The notes under the pieces were generated by a model. It was given only the letters and a program-made list of their open reading frames with translations. It was not told where the DNA came from and did not search any database. From positions 37,200,001 to 37,264,000 of the forward strand of contig OX597829.1 in the NCBI GenBank assembly GCA_951406725.2: 64,000 nucleotides of DNA, in the 5' to 3' direction. The position numbers and the translations under genes were made by a program. This DNA comes from Octopus vulgaris. Lineage: Eukaryota. Positions 39,058-51,039 of the stretch are shown in pieces (position 1 is the stretch's first letter; the number at the start of each line of letters is the position of its first letter).

Positions 39058-40270
39058 CATCTGAAAAACGCTATGAAAAATGACCGTTATACAAAGGGAA
39101 ATTACTGTGTTATTGACCACTATTTAGATAAAAGAGCTATTCGAATGACCGCTAAGTAAGGTAAGGGGGTATAAAGTTCATAGTATTCGCGTAAACATGC
39201 CTGTACATATCTACACATGTATGCCCGCACACCCATGTGCGGTCTCTGTGATATGGAAAGATGGCTCATCTGGAAAGGCAGCTTAGACCCCACTACATGT
39301 CTGAATTCAAAGACAGAACTTTTCGGATCATGCCCATATGTGGCCAAATTTTGTTACGTTTTTGTTTCCCCTGAGACTACAAATAGAACTTGCTTTCTAT
39401 ATTGTGTCCACATACAAGTTATTTATCTCTTTATACTTTTTACTTATATTTCTTATAATTTTTTAAATTTTATTTATATTTTTTATACACATATTTCTTA
39501 TATATTATAGAGAATTTGGTTTATAGGTTTATTGCTTATATATTTTTTTACACATAATTTTTTCTGTACTCTACCTCCCACCCTGCATTTTTTCCTGTGT
39601 GTATATAGACGTGTATGTGGAATCCTTTGTGCGTGCGTGTGTGGGTATGTGTGTATATAGATGTGTGCATGCATGTGAGCACGTGCATATATAGACGTAT
39701 TTTACTCAGTGTTTTTACACATTTTCCTGTATTTTTGCCCTTAGGTCGGGGATTTTTTTGTGTTAGACGTATGTATAATCCTTTTTGTGCATGCTTGTGT
39801 GTGCATATATAGACGTGTGCAGGTATGTACATATATGGGCGTGTGTGTGTGCATAAGGGTATGTGCGTATATAAACATGGTTTATCTCTTTGTATACTCC
39901 CTTATGCCTTTTTTCTGTATTGTTACCCTTAACCCTATTTTTTCTTGTGCTTGTGCATATGTATGTATGAACTTTATGGTGCGCGTGTGTGTGTGGGGGT
40001 TTGTATGTATATGCATATACATTTAACGAAGGATGCGAGTGAGGATATGTACGTTTTTCAAGTGAGGGTGAATGAATGTATGCGTATGCACATGGGTGTG
40101 CAGGCGCACATGTGTAAGTATGAACAGGCATGCTTACGCGAATACTATGAACTTTTTACCCCCTTACCTTACTTAGCGGTCATTCGAATAGCTCTTTTGT
40201 CTAAATAGCGGTCAATAACACAGTAATTTCCCTTTGTATAACAGTCGTTTTTCATAGCGTTTTTCCGATG

Positions 40271-40340
40271 GCCGGATAACTGAAGAGATGGTGGCATGGA
40301 TTTCCACCTTGGCATCCGAAACTCAGAGTTTTATCTTGGC
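40271..40340 (+). ncRNA. Type I hammerhead ribozyme motif
   Basis: GCCGGAUAA-CUGAAGA-G..stem II..C-GAAA-CUCAGAG-UU-UUAUCUUGGC, with predicted cleavage after 40330. Confidence 0.72.
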
Positions 40341-40580
40341 TACCGAATAATTGTCACATATTACATTTACAGATATATATATATATATATATATAATAAA
40401 TATTAGGGAATAAATCCAAATTTACAGGGAAAAAATCAGATTTAGGATTAAATCCAATTTTATAGTAAAATATTATATAATATTATTAGAGAAAAACCAC
40501 TATTTTGCAAAACAAACAGGAAAGACTTAATCAATACATAAAATATATTGTTTCTTGTCTTACGAAATCAGGTGGACTTC

Positions 40581-40621
<41 letters not shown>

Positions 40622-40641
40622 TGTTCTAATAATATTATATT

Positions 40642-40669
<28 letters not shown>

Positions 40670-40672
<3 letters not shown>

Positions 40673-41797
40673 GGTGTGATGAATGAACTGTCTAAATTAT
40701 GCAAAAATGAAAATAACTCTGACATCTCTCATTTTAACAGATATATTTACCAAAATTGCATAAAAATATCTTGAAATACTAAAGAGTAAATTTATTCAAT
40801 AAAATTGCCATAGGCTTCAACCACACCCTCCAGACGACTTCAGAATCTCCTGCAACTCTTCTGGACAGTCTTCTTAAGTTGGTGAATACTGCCATAATCC
40901 TTGCTTTTAGTTCATCTTGGGTGTTACAAGGAGTTTTGTTGGTCTCTCGCTCAACTGTGCCCCACACATAATAATCAAGGGGAGTTGCACTCTGGGGAGT
41001 TAGGTGGCCAGATGTCAGGGGTGATGTGGTCACAGAAATTGTCTGACAGCCATGTCTAGGTTCTCTTCCTTGTGTAGCATGATGTAGAGTCCTGTTGCCA
41101 AACATAGGGTCTTCCAGCAGTCTCTTGACCCAGGGCAGCACTACCTCCTTCAGGTACTTGATGTATGCCTCTGTGTTAAGCCTGAGGCTATGTGGTAAGA
41201 TGAATGGAGGTATAATGTCACAAACGGTGGCGAGCTGGCAGAAACGTTAGCACGCCAGGTGAAATGCGTAGCCGTATTTCGTCTGCCATTACGTTCTGAG
41301 TTCAAATTCCGCCGAGGTCGACTTTGCCTCTCATCCTTTCAGGGTCGATAAATTAAGTACCAGTTACACACTGGAGTAATGTAATCGATTTAATCTGTTT
41401 GTCTGTCCTTGTTTGTCCCCTCTGTTTAGCCCCTTGTGGGTAGTAAAGAAATAGGTATAATGTCACCATCACTAGTTATCACTCCAAACACCATGATGTT
41501 GACTGGGTGTTTGATTTTTATAACTCTTGGTACATATCCTCAGATTGCACTGTTCTCAGATTTACACCCAAACATTCTAAAATTTTCATATTGGAGCTTC
41601 CAGCATGGATTTCAAGCAGCACAGCATGTTGTTTCCAAATTTCTGGCAGAGCGAATTGTATCATGGTGCTGTTTTTGTCACAGATAGTGCCCAACTGACT
41701 CTACTGTGCAGTGTCTTCGACATAATCAAAAACAAGCAATGCGGATGCACAAAATAAAAAATATAAAATGGCAAAAATTTACCCATTGCACTCTGTA
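40670..41797 (-). mobile_element. Tc1/mariner (maT-like) transposon remnant, split by a SINE
   Basis: PLDYYVWGTVERETNKTPCNTQDELKARI on the minus strand. Decayed TIR ...GCACTCTG|TA. Confidence 0.8.
41222..41452 (+). mobile_element. Family B (Nin-like) SINE
   Basis: TSD AGGTATAATGTCAC at 41208-41221 and 41453-41466. Confidence 0.9.
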
Positions 41798-42002
41798 TTT
41801 TACTTGTTTCAATCATTTGACTGTGGCCAAGCTGGAGCATCACCTTTAGTTGAACAAATCGATCCCAGGATTTATTCTTTATAAGCCTAGTACTTATTCT
41901 GTCAGTCTCTTTTGCCAAACTGCTAAGTTACAGGGATGTAAATTCATCAACATTGGTGTCAAACGATGGTATGGAGGTACAAACACAGATACACAAATAC
42001 AT

Positions 42003-42035
<33 letters not shown>

Positions 42036-42173
42036 CATATACGATGGGTTTGTTTCAGTTTCCGTCTACCAAATACCCTCACAAAGCTTTGGTCAGCTTG
42101 AGGCTATAGTAGAAGACACTTGCCTAAGGTGCCACGCAGTGGGACTGAACCCGGAACCATGTGTTTGGGAAGC
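41798..42173 (-). mobile_element. Family A SINE
   Basis: Matches the family A consensus seen in this window. Confidence 0.85.
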
Positions 42174-42820
42174 GATCATTCTCTTCAAGTGAATTAAAAA
42201 ATTTTTAATTTGGTTCAGAGAAAGAATACCAAAATGTGGAATATGGATTGACCCTCTCACTTTGGCAACATCAAAGGGAGTGAAGCAGCTATAGTGAACC
42301 TTGACCCATTTGTGTTCTTTCATTGTGCAAACACCAAACCTGGAACCTTCCCTATGTTGGATCATGAAATTGCATGCCAGTGTGCATGGATACATAATTT
42401 CATGTACATGTATACTAATACATATGTGTATATTCGTGAACACGTACATGTATGTATAAGTGTATGATTATGTCTGTATATGCATGGGTATATATGGGTG
42501 TGTTTGTATATGGTATATACATGAATGTGCAGATATTAACCCTGACTTGGAGTCCTTAATATTAATATATCTTGATTCAAATGAATTCCACAAATTATAT
42601 ACATGCATAAGAAGGAAAAAGGGATTTATAAACCCAGGCAGACATCAATAAAGCATTCAGTTTCAAATGAATCTGGTTAACTATATCAAACAAACAGACA
42701 CCAATAAATGCATGAAGAATACACATCCAAGGTAATTCCTTATGTATGACAAAGAGCTCCAAACATCATTTAGAAGAATTTCAACAAAATTCAGAGCATT
42801 ATACAACAAAAATACAGAGA

Positions 42821-43224
42821 GGCATAGCAGTGGCTGTGTGGTAAGTAGCTTGATTACCGATCACATGGTTCTGGGTTCAGTCCCAATACATGGCACCTTG
42901 GGCAAGTGTCTTCTACTATAGCCTCGGGCCGACCAAAGCCTTGTGAGTGGATTTGGTAGACGGAAACTGAAAGAAGCCCGTCGTATTTATGTACATATAT
43001 GTATGTGTTTGTGTGTCTGTGTTTGTCCCCCAACATCGCTTGACAACCGATGCTGGTGTGTTTACGTCCCTGTAACTTAGCGGTTCAGCAAAAGAGACCG
43101 ATAGAATAAGTACTAGGCTTACAAAGCATAAGTCCTGGGGTCGATTTGCTTGACTAAAGGTGGTGCTCCAGCATGGCCACAGTCAAATGACTGAAACAAG
43201 TAAAAGAGTAAATAGAGTAAGAGA
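42821..43224 (+). mobile_element. Family A SINE
   Basis: Matches family A. It lies back-to-back and inverted relative to the 41798 copy. Confidence 0.88.
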
Positions 43225-44251
43225 GGAAATCACATCTTTAATTGTAGAATTCACTCTACAAAGCTGATAATTGTTGTGTCAACATATTTAGATACAGAAA
43301 ATATCATTCAAATTAATATACCTGAAAATCTATGTTAACACGTTTTCAAAGTAATCCAAAATTAGTGAAGTAAGAAAATATCTCCAGTACATATATGCAT
43401 ACAAAAAGAATGTTAAGAAGAAATATAATCTAAGAAAAGCTATTTTTATATTCAACTATGAATAACAAAAGAATAAAAAATAAAGCATCCACTACACTCT
43501 CGGAGTGGTTGGCGTTAGGAAGGGCATCCAGCTGTAGAAACTCTGCCAGATCAAGATTGAAGCCTGGTGCAGCCATCTGGTTCGCCAGCCCACAGTCAAA
43601 TCGTCCAACCCATGCTAGCATGGAAAACGGACTTTAAACGATGATGATCATGATAATGAATTCTATGTTACGACAATTAGGAACATAATGATTCTACACC
43701 ATGACAATTAGTTATCTATTTATTAAATGTAGTAAACTTTTTTAGAAAAATTATGCTTGTGTGAACATGTATTTCAGGACATATTAAATTTCTGACATAT
43801 TAGTTTGAATGATAATTTTTTTTGCATGTTCATGCAAGAGAAACAATTATTGGCTTTGGAAGGGGAATTCAACAATTAAAGATGTGATTTTCTCTATACA
43901 TATTTTTATATATATATATATATATATGGCTTCCATGCCGGTGGCATGTAAGAGGCACCATTCAAGCGGGATCATTACCAGTTTCGCCTTACTGGCACTT
44001 GTGCCGTTGGCATGTGTAAAAAGATTCGAGTGAGGTCGTTGCCAGTACCGCCTGACTGGCCCCAGTGCCGGTGGCATGCAAAAGCACCTACTACACTCTC
44101 AGAGTGGTTGGCGTTAGGAAGGGCATCAAGCTGTAGAAACTCTGTCAGATCAAGATTGAAGCCTGGTGCAGCCATCTGGTTCACCAATCCTCAGTCAAAC
44201 CGTCCAACCCATGCTAGCATGGAAAGCGGACATTAAACGATGATGATGATG

Positions 44252-44299
<48 letters not shown>

Positions 44300-44924
44300 A
44301 TGTATATATACTCAGACTGAGAGAGACTGAGATGAAAGGGATAAATGATTAGTTCCATTTTAGTGTTAAGAAGGGAAAAAGTGTAGAAATAGAATAAAAA
44401 GAGGAAAAGTATATGCCTATTTACTCGGTCAGTTGGTCATATATACTAAAATATGACTGACATTCTGAAAAATAGGGAAAGCCATATACTTTTCATTTCT
44501 CACATTAGTAATGAATTGAAAGAATAATTATGCAACATCAGATAGGAGGACAAATATTTTGGGATTAAGTTTTGCAATGCTCCTTCACTGGTGCCACTGG
44601 TTTCTCCCAGAAAAATCTGCATTTATTCAGTTTCGAGTATGAATGACACTGCATAATTGAATATGACCAGAGCGTGATGTGAAAACTTGAATGGCATGAT
44701 TTAATTATATACAGTAATCACTCACCATATTGCAGTTCACCAATCGCACCCCCAGTACATCGCAGATTTTTCTGGTTAATACATGTAAATTTATATTGCA
44801 GACTCCTCAATATACTGCAGGCTTTCTGCAGCTGATAGGTATTTATATTTTTTTAGATTTCAATTATTTCTGTGGTAAAATATGCATTTTCATGCCTAAA
44901 ATTAAATTAATAAATAATAATACA

Positions 44925-45160
44925 TATTTCTTTATTACCCACAAGGAGCTAAACATAGAGGGGACAAACAAGGACAGACAAACATTAAGTCGCTTACATC
45001 GACCCCAGTGCGTAACTGGTACTTATTTAATCGACACCGAAAGGATGAAAGGCAAAGTCAACCTCGGTGGAATTTGAACTCACAACGTAGCGACAGACGA
45101 AATACGGCTACGCATTTCGCCCGGTGTGCTAACGTTTCTGCCAGCTCACTGCCCTATAAC
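44925..45160 (-). mobile_element. Family B SINE
   Basis: TSD AAATAATAATACA at 44912-44924 and 45161-45173. Confidence 0.88.
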
Positions 45161-45425
45161 AAATAATAATACAGTACAGTACTGCACCACACAGTATAAC
45201 ACATTAAGTAATGGCAAAAGAACTTCAGAGAATGGCAGAAGATTGAGACTCACAGATGATTCAAGCATTTCAGTTCAGAAATGCAATTGATGGAGCCATG
45301 GAAGTTTATAAAAACCTCCTTACACAGAAGAAAAGGTAACACCAGCAACTGCCTATCACTATTCCTCACCTGCAAAAACGAGAAGAGACAGGTACTCCTG
45401 TGGAAGAGTTTATAAAAGATAAAAT

Positions 45426-45844
45426 GGATCTTTTCGGTTTGAACGGCAGTTTTTAACATAATTTCTAGGTAACTAAAAAATTTTAAACTTCGTATACTGG
45501 TAGAATGTGTTTATAAAACATCTTTTCTCTTGGCTTTATTGAGAAAATTCTATACTTTGTAAGATATTTGGGGTTTTTTTTTCTTCAATTTCTGCAATTT
45601 CAACCAATCAATCACGTCCATTGAGGTAAAAAAAAACATTCTGTGGTGTATGAATATGTCCCTCGTTTAAGAAACAGATTGGGTTTATTTACATTTGTGA
45701 AAAAAAAAGATACCCTTCCCCCCACTCCTAACCCTAACCCTAAAACAGATTGAAATGCAATAGATCGATACTAGGGTCATAATTATGGGTGACAATTTCA
45801 TATGACACCGCTAGAAAAAACTGCCGTTCAAACCGAAAAGATCC
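45426..45844. mobile_element. MITE with perfect 29-bp TIRs, Mutator-like TSD length
   Basis: TIR GGATCTTTTCGGTTTGAACGGCAGTTTTT. TSD AAGATAAAAT/AAGCTAAAAT. Internal (CCCTAA)3. Confidence 0.88.
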
Positions 45845-46191
45845 AAGCTAAAATGTATCAAAATGATAAAATAAATATATACAAATTATAAAGATAATAA
45901 AAGAAATATACAGTACTGTTTCTACTTCGTAGATTTTCACCCAGCACGGGGTGTTACGTAATACCCGCGATAGTTAAAGGAATATTGTGTGTATTTATTA
46001 AGATATATAAAGGGAAGTAATCATCCATTGACTGTGCTATCAGTTGTTTCTCTTTGAATATGATAAAAGTATAGAACCAGATTTTAAAAATTCATCTTGA
46101 AACTTTTGTAGTATTGAATGCAATACTAGAATATTTAAACTCAATATAACAGCAATTTAGCAGGGAATTTAATGTGGAAGATGGTGTGTTT

Positions 46192-46248
<57 letters not shown>

Positions 46249-47189
46249 ATAACAAAGGGTAAAATTAATTAATTAAGAAGTAATCAGTAATTTCACCAAG
46301 TAGAATTCGGCATGAAAAAGACCATTTCATGGTAAGCTTAAGTAATACTTTATAATTAGGGTTCAGCAAAGATTTGCTTCTCCACATACCGAAGTTTAGA
46401 AATAGCAGTCAAAAAATCTTAGCTATTCCAGCTATAAAAATCATGCCAAAACTAGCCTCACCTGAGCCTAGTGTCATGTAAAAAGCACTGAGTCCACTCT
46501 ACAGAGTGGTTGGTGTTCAGAAAGGCTCCCAGCCATAAAAATCCAGCCAAAATAGACACAGTAGCCTAGGCTAGTTTTTCTACCAGGCCAGCTCATGTCA
46601 ACAGTCCTACCTATGCCTGCATGGAAGATGGATATTAAATGATTATGATGATTGGTTCTAAAACTCCACTATCAACTACTTGATATCACGATGGGCTCCT
46701 TGGATTCGGCCAGAATAACTAACCTGGTGGGCTTATTCCTCCTATCTCAAAATATTTAACACTTCCCTGAGTTTTATGGATATCTATATTAGGGATGATA
46801 CTCTCTTTGCATCAACTAGGAGGCTCAAAGCTGGGCATTGAGCATACCTAAAAAGCTCCCCATAAATTCTTTAAAAACTATAATTTATCTCCTTTGAAAA
46901 TAGCATTAGAATTTAGTTTATATTACTCCTACCATAAACCTAATGAATCTCTACAATCTACCTCTACAAGAAACCTACTGAATCCCTACAATATATTAAT
47001 GTCCATTCTAATTACTCCAAATCCATTTTAAATAGCAGCATCAAAGGTATTTCCATTAGAATCTCCACTTCGCCATTGATGAAGACATTCTTAACAATCA
47101 TGTCCCATACTACAACCAGGCCCCTTGCACTTGTGGATTCTCTGAGTAGATTTCCTATGTCTCCTATATTAGACTGAAAATCAAATTAA

Positions 47190-47919
47190 CCCTTTCATTA
47201 CTGTATTTATTTTGAGATGTTCTGTGTTTCTTTCAATTATTTTAAACTAGCAGTATCGCCCGGCGTTGCTCGGGTTTGTAAGGGAAATAACTATATAAGC
47301 ATTTTTAGAGAGTTACTTCCCTTATAGATGCCAATTCGAGCTTTCTTAGCCATTTCTGTTTTGGTGTCTTCAAGCCATGAAGTCGTTCTAAAAGAACGCT
47401 GGTCTCCTTGACAACGCTTTACGACGTTGATTTCCTTACACTCCCTTCCCCACAGCTTCACGAGGGAGGGAAGAAGGGGGAGAAGCAAACAGGTGCAGGT
47501 GTGACCGTGGACGCCAACTCCGCCGCCATCGACACACAAAAAATTATGCATTAAAATGGAATAAAAAATTATGTTAAATTATTTTTAAAATCGTAGACTC
47601 ACCGTAGACGCGCGCTAATACTCAGACGGGCTCGATATGAATCACGACTATAAGATACCCGAATTTGGTTAAACTGCACCGCAAAATGTGGGAGTAGTTA
47701 GGAATCTAAATCGAAGGGGACAGACACTCACGCAGCTACAGTTTTATATATATAGATATCGCAAAGAATTTAGTAAAATAACTTAGTTATCATTCAGCTA
47801 GGGTTAGGAACATAAATTGTGACTAAGGTTTGGTGGAAGATTTTAATTCAAAACTTATGAAAACAAGACATTTGTACTCAGAGCCAGAGCCAGTTTCACC
47901 CTGGTTGGTAATGAAAGGG
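47190..47919. mobile_element. piggyBac-type MITE
   Basis: TTAA|CCCTTTCATTAC ... GTAATGAAAGGG|TTAA. Confidence 0.88.
47247..47756 (-). mobile_element. Non-autonomous Helitron H2 nested in the piggyBac MITE
   Basis: Same 3' end and much of the body as 26211-26570. A|T insertion site. Confidence 0.88.
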
Positions 47920-48503
47920 TTAAGTTATTTATTTGTCATATTGATAGATACTCTTCTACACTCATTAATCTTTCTAACTCCACTAACACCACACAGCACA
48001 CTACTTCTGCCATTGATAGAGTCCTTATGAACTATGTAACCCTGCCAACCCAAAGGTTTGTTACATAAGTAACATCAACCCAAGTGACTACAGTTTAGGG
48101 AATATGACCACCACAATTCCTGTGGCCATAATACTCCTAATGGTACTATAAATGTATTCCTGAATGTAACATTCCTAATAACTACTATCATATCTAACAA
48201 TATCTCTTTTGTAGTGAACACTGCTGTTGATTATCAAAGTGCTAGTCTTGGTAATGTAAGAAACCATGACCCCAGAGTAAATGCTATTAGCACCAACTGT
48301 AATAAACTGGGTCCTTCTATCTGTATTGTCAATAACCCTGATTTACACCATGCCAGATGTCTAAATAACAGTGGCACCAATACTCTTGGTTCTATTAATA
48401 GGACTAATGTGCTAACTTTACTAACCGTTATACGACTAATAATTTCAGAGGACCTGGTAACTGATCTTTGAGTGGTAGTTGCTTATGCTATAATGTTAAT
48501 TAT

Positions 48504-48854
48504 GTGAAGGTGCATGGCTCAGTGGTTAGAGCGTCGAGCTTACGATCGTGAGGTTGTGAGCTCAAATCCCGGACCGGGGTGTGTTGTGTTCTTGAGCAAG
48601 ACACTTTATTTCATGTTGCTCCAGTTAACTCAGCTGTAAAAATGAGTTGTGACATCATGGGTGCCAAGCTGTATCGGCCTTTGTCTTTCCCTTGGATAAC
48701 ACTGGTGGCTAAAAGAAGGGAGGCCGGTTTGCATGGGCGACTACTGGTCTTCCATAAAAACCACCTTGCCCAGACTTGTGACTAGGAGGGTAGCTTTCTA
48801 GGTGCAATCCCATGGTCAGTGTCGTGACCGAAGGGGGTCCTGACTGACCGACTG
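48504..48854 (+). mobile_element. tRNA-derived SINE (family E)
   Basis: A-box TGGCTCAGTGG, B-box-like GAGCTCAAATCCC, (GACT)n-like tail. TSD AATGTTAATTAT at 48492-48503 and 48855-48866. Confidence 0.88.
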
Positions 48855-49164
48855 AATGTTAATTATAAATGTACTATCATCACCTCACAGATCCACTCCA
48901 CCAGAGACTACAAGGGTGGCACCATTCCTTTTCAGCAACATTATCATTCACATTTGAACTCTTTCTCTAATAGTGCTACAAAATAATCTACCTTCTTCAT
49001 CACCCTCAGACACCACCTCAAGGCTGAGGGTATATCCTATAACATGTTATGGTTTGTAGTTTGTGGTTGAATTCCCTTCAGGGGATATCAAACAGACTGT
49101 CAGTTCTGCTGCAAAGTGTCATTCACTATATTGCACCACAATGAGGTTATATTAAATTGCTTTC

Positions 49165-49400
49165 AAAAGGTGGTGAGCTGGCAGAAACGTTAGCGCGCTG
49201 GGCGAAATGCTTAGCAGTAATTCGTCTGACGTTACGTTCTGAGTTCAAATTCCGCCGAGGTCGACTTTGCCTTTCATCCTTTCAGGGTCGATAAATAAAG
49301 TACCAGTTTCGCACTGGAGTTCAATGTAATCAACTTAATCCATCTGTCTGTCCTTGTTTGTCCCCTCTGTGTTTAGCCCCTTGTAAGCAATAAAGAAATA
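49165..49400 (+). mobile_element. Family B SINE
   Basis: 17-bp TSD TATATTAAATTGCTTTC at 49148-49164 and 49401-49417. Confidence 0.9.
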
Positions 49401-50289
49401 TATATTAAATTGCTTTCCTAACATAATTTCTATGTGCAGACAAATGATCTACAAAACCTTCACTTAAATCTTTATAATTCTACCATAAGATCTAGCCTAC
49501 ACCTTTTTATAATTTTATAATTGTTTTAAGTTTTTTTAAAATTCTTGCTTCTAACTAATGTTATTCTCTAACTCTTCTCCTCCCTCTTTTACCAGTACAC
49601 TGTACATACCTCTCCCACTCTACTGACACATATCCTTGTCTGATAACCCCATTGTCTGCATCACCTTTATCTGTTTTTCTTTGGTAACCACTGACAATTC
49701 CTACCTACACAATGCTTTCTCTGCCCCTTCACTTATAATCTACCTTATCTCTCTTCTCTGATTATTATTAACTGATGTCTCCATAGTATTAATCCCTCTT
49801 AGTATTAATACCAACCCTCCTCTTCTTCCCATCTTTCCCCTCAATTTTTTCCCTAAATCTAGCCTTGTTCTATTCCTGAAACCCTCTATATTAGTAAACA
49901 CTACTTTGAAATATGCCCTTTGTTACATTCTTCTGATGAGGGTGGCCTTGCCTTGCCTAATGGATCCACTGGAACTTGTGTTATTATGGGTGTTTATTAT
50001 GTAATGGATACGGTTACAGTATAAGCCATGGCTCAATTGAAAAGCTGTTAAGATAATAGTATTACATAAATCCTTTTTGTTTATTTCATCTTTTTTGTTT
50101 TGTACTCAGCATTAGATATTCAATATGGATATATGGTTTGACAAGAACAGACAGGCCAGATGGCTGTGCTGAGTTTGAATGCCTGCTTTGGCATGGTTTC
50201 TACAGTTAGATGTCCCTCCTAACACTAACCACTTTACAGTGTACTGGGTGTTTTTCCATGGTGCTTGTCCACAATGATTAACAACGAGT

Positions 50290-50995
50290 ATTGAAAATGG
50301 ATTTCTTGGTGTACATCTAGGTTACAGCTTTGGTTCAAGAAATGAGGCGGGAATAAAGCTGCTGGAATTTTGTGACACAAATGACATATTGATCTGCTAC
50401 ACTAACTTCAGGAAACCAGCCAGTCACTTATCACTTATCAATCTGGTAGGTACACAACGCAGGTTGACTGCATCCTCATCAGAACCAGGCATAGGCAGAT
50501 GCTTGTTGATGCAAAGTCTTACCTTGATGAAGAATGCACTACCCAACATAAACTAGTGGTTAGTGACTTCAGACTCAGATACACAAATCAGTTTGATGAA
50601 GGAAGGTTTGGAAGCTTAGAGATCCAATCAGAGATTTAGAGACATTCTAATTGATTTGGTGGGAAACAAAGGAAATAGAGATATATAACAGAAGGGACAA
50701 CTAGATACTTTTACAACCCAGTGAAAGTTACAGACTAAATCTGTAGGTGGTACAAAATTCTAGCCAGACCAAGTGTGACTTGGCAGTGGAAGGGTGAAGT
50801 AGACATAGCCATGAAAATGAAAACATAGGCTTAGAAAGATTTGAAGAATGGAGGTTGCAGAGAAATATACAGGTAGTTAGACGAGTAGCTAAGTGACATG
50901 TTTTCCTAACAAGAGGAAAAGCAGAAAGGAAATGGTTTGCCAATATTCTATGTCAGGAGGAACAAAGGCGTGAGGTGTTCCATATTGCAAGATAG
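50290..50995 (+). pseudogene. RTE endonuclease/linker remnant (inverted paralog at about 51455-51720)
   Basis: GSRNEAGIKLLEFCDTNDILICYTNFRKPASH. Confidence 0.7.
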
Positions 50996-51039
50996 CCATA
51001 TGAACTCTTTTGATCAGATAATTATCATTAAGAGGTCAG

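Larger units (their letters stand above)
38884..40374. mobile_element. Non-autonomous PLE-like element with ~285-bp inverted arms, each carrying a hammerhead motif
   Basis: 38954-39240 is the reverse complement of 40088-40374. The element is bounded by TA repeats. Confidence 0.85.
44712..45987 (+). mobile_element. Tigger/pogo-like deletion derivative hosting nested insertions
   Basis: TA|CAGTAATCACTC start and ...CCCGCGATAGTTAAAGGAATATTG end. Contains a transposase-tail-like MEVYKNLLTQKKR. Confidence 0.55.
46650..50070 (+). mobile_element. Decayed Penelope-like element with nested insertions
   Basis: LDITMGSLDSARITNLVGLFLL, an RDD motif, LYKKPTESLQYINVHSNY, a GIY-YIG-tail-like stretch at about 48900-49160, and a degenerate hammerhead at 49928-50054. 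Confidence 0.65.
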
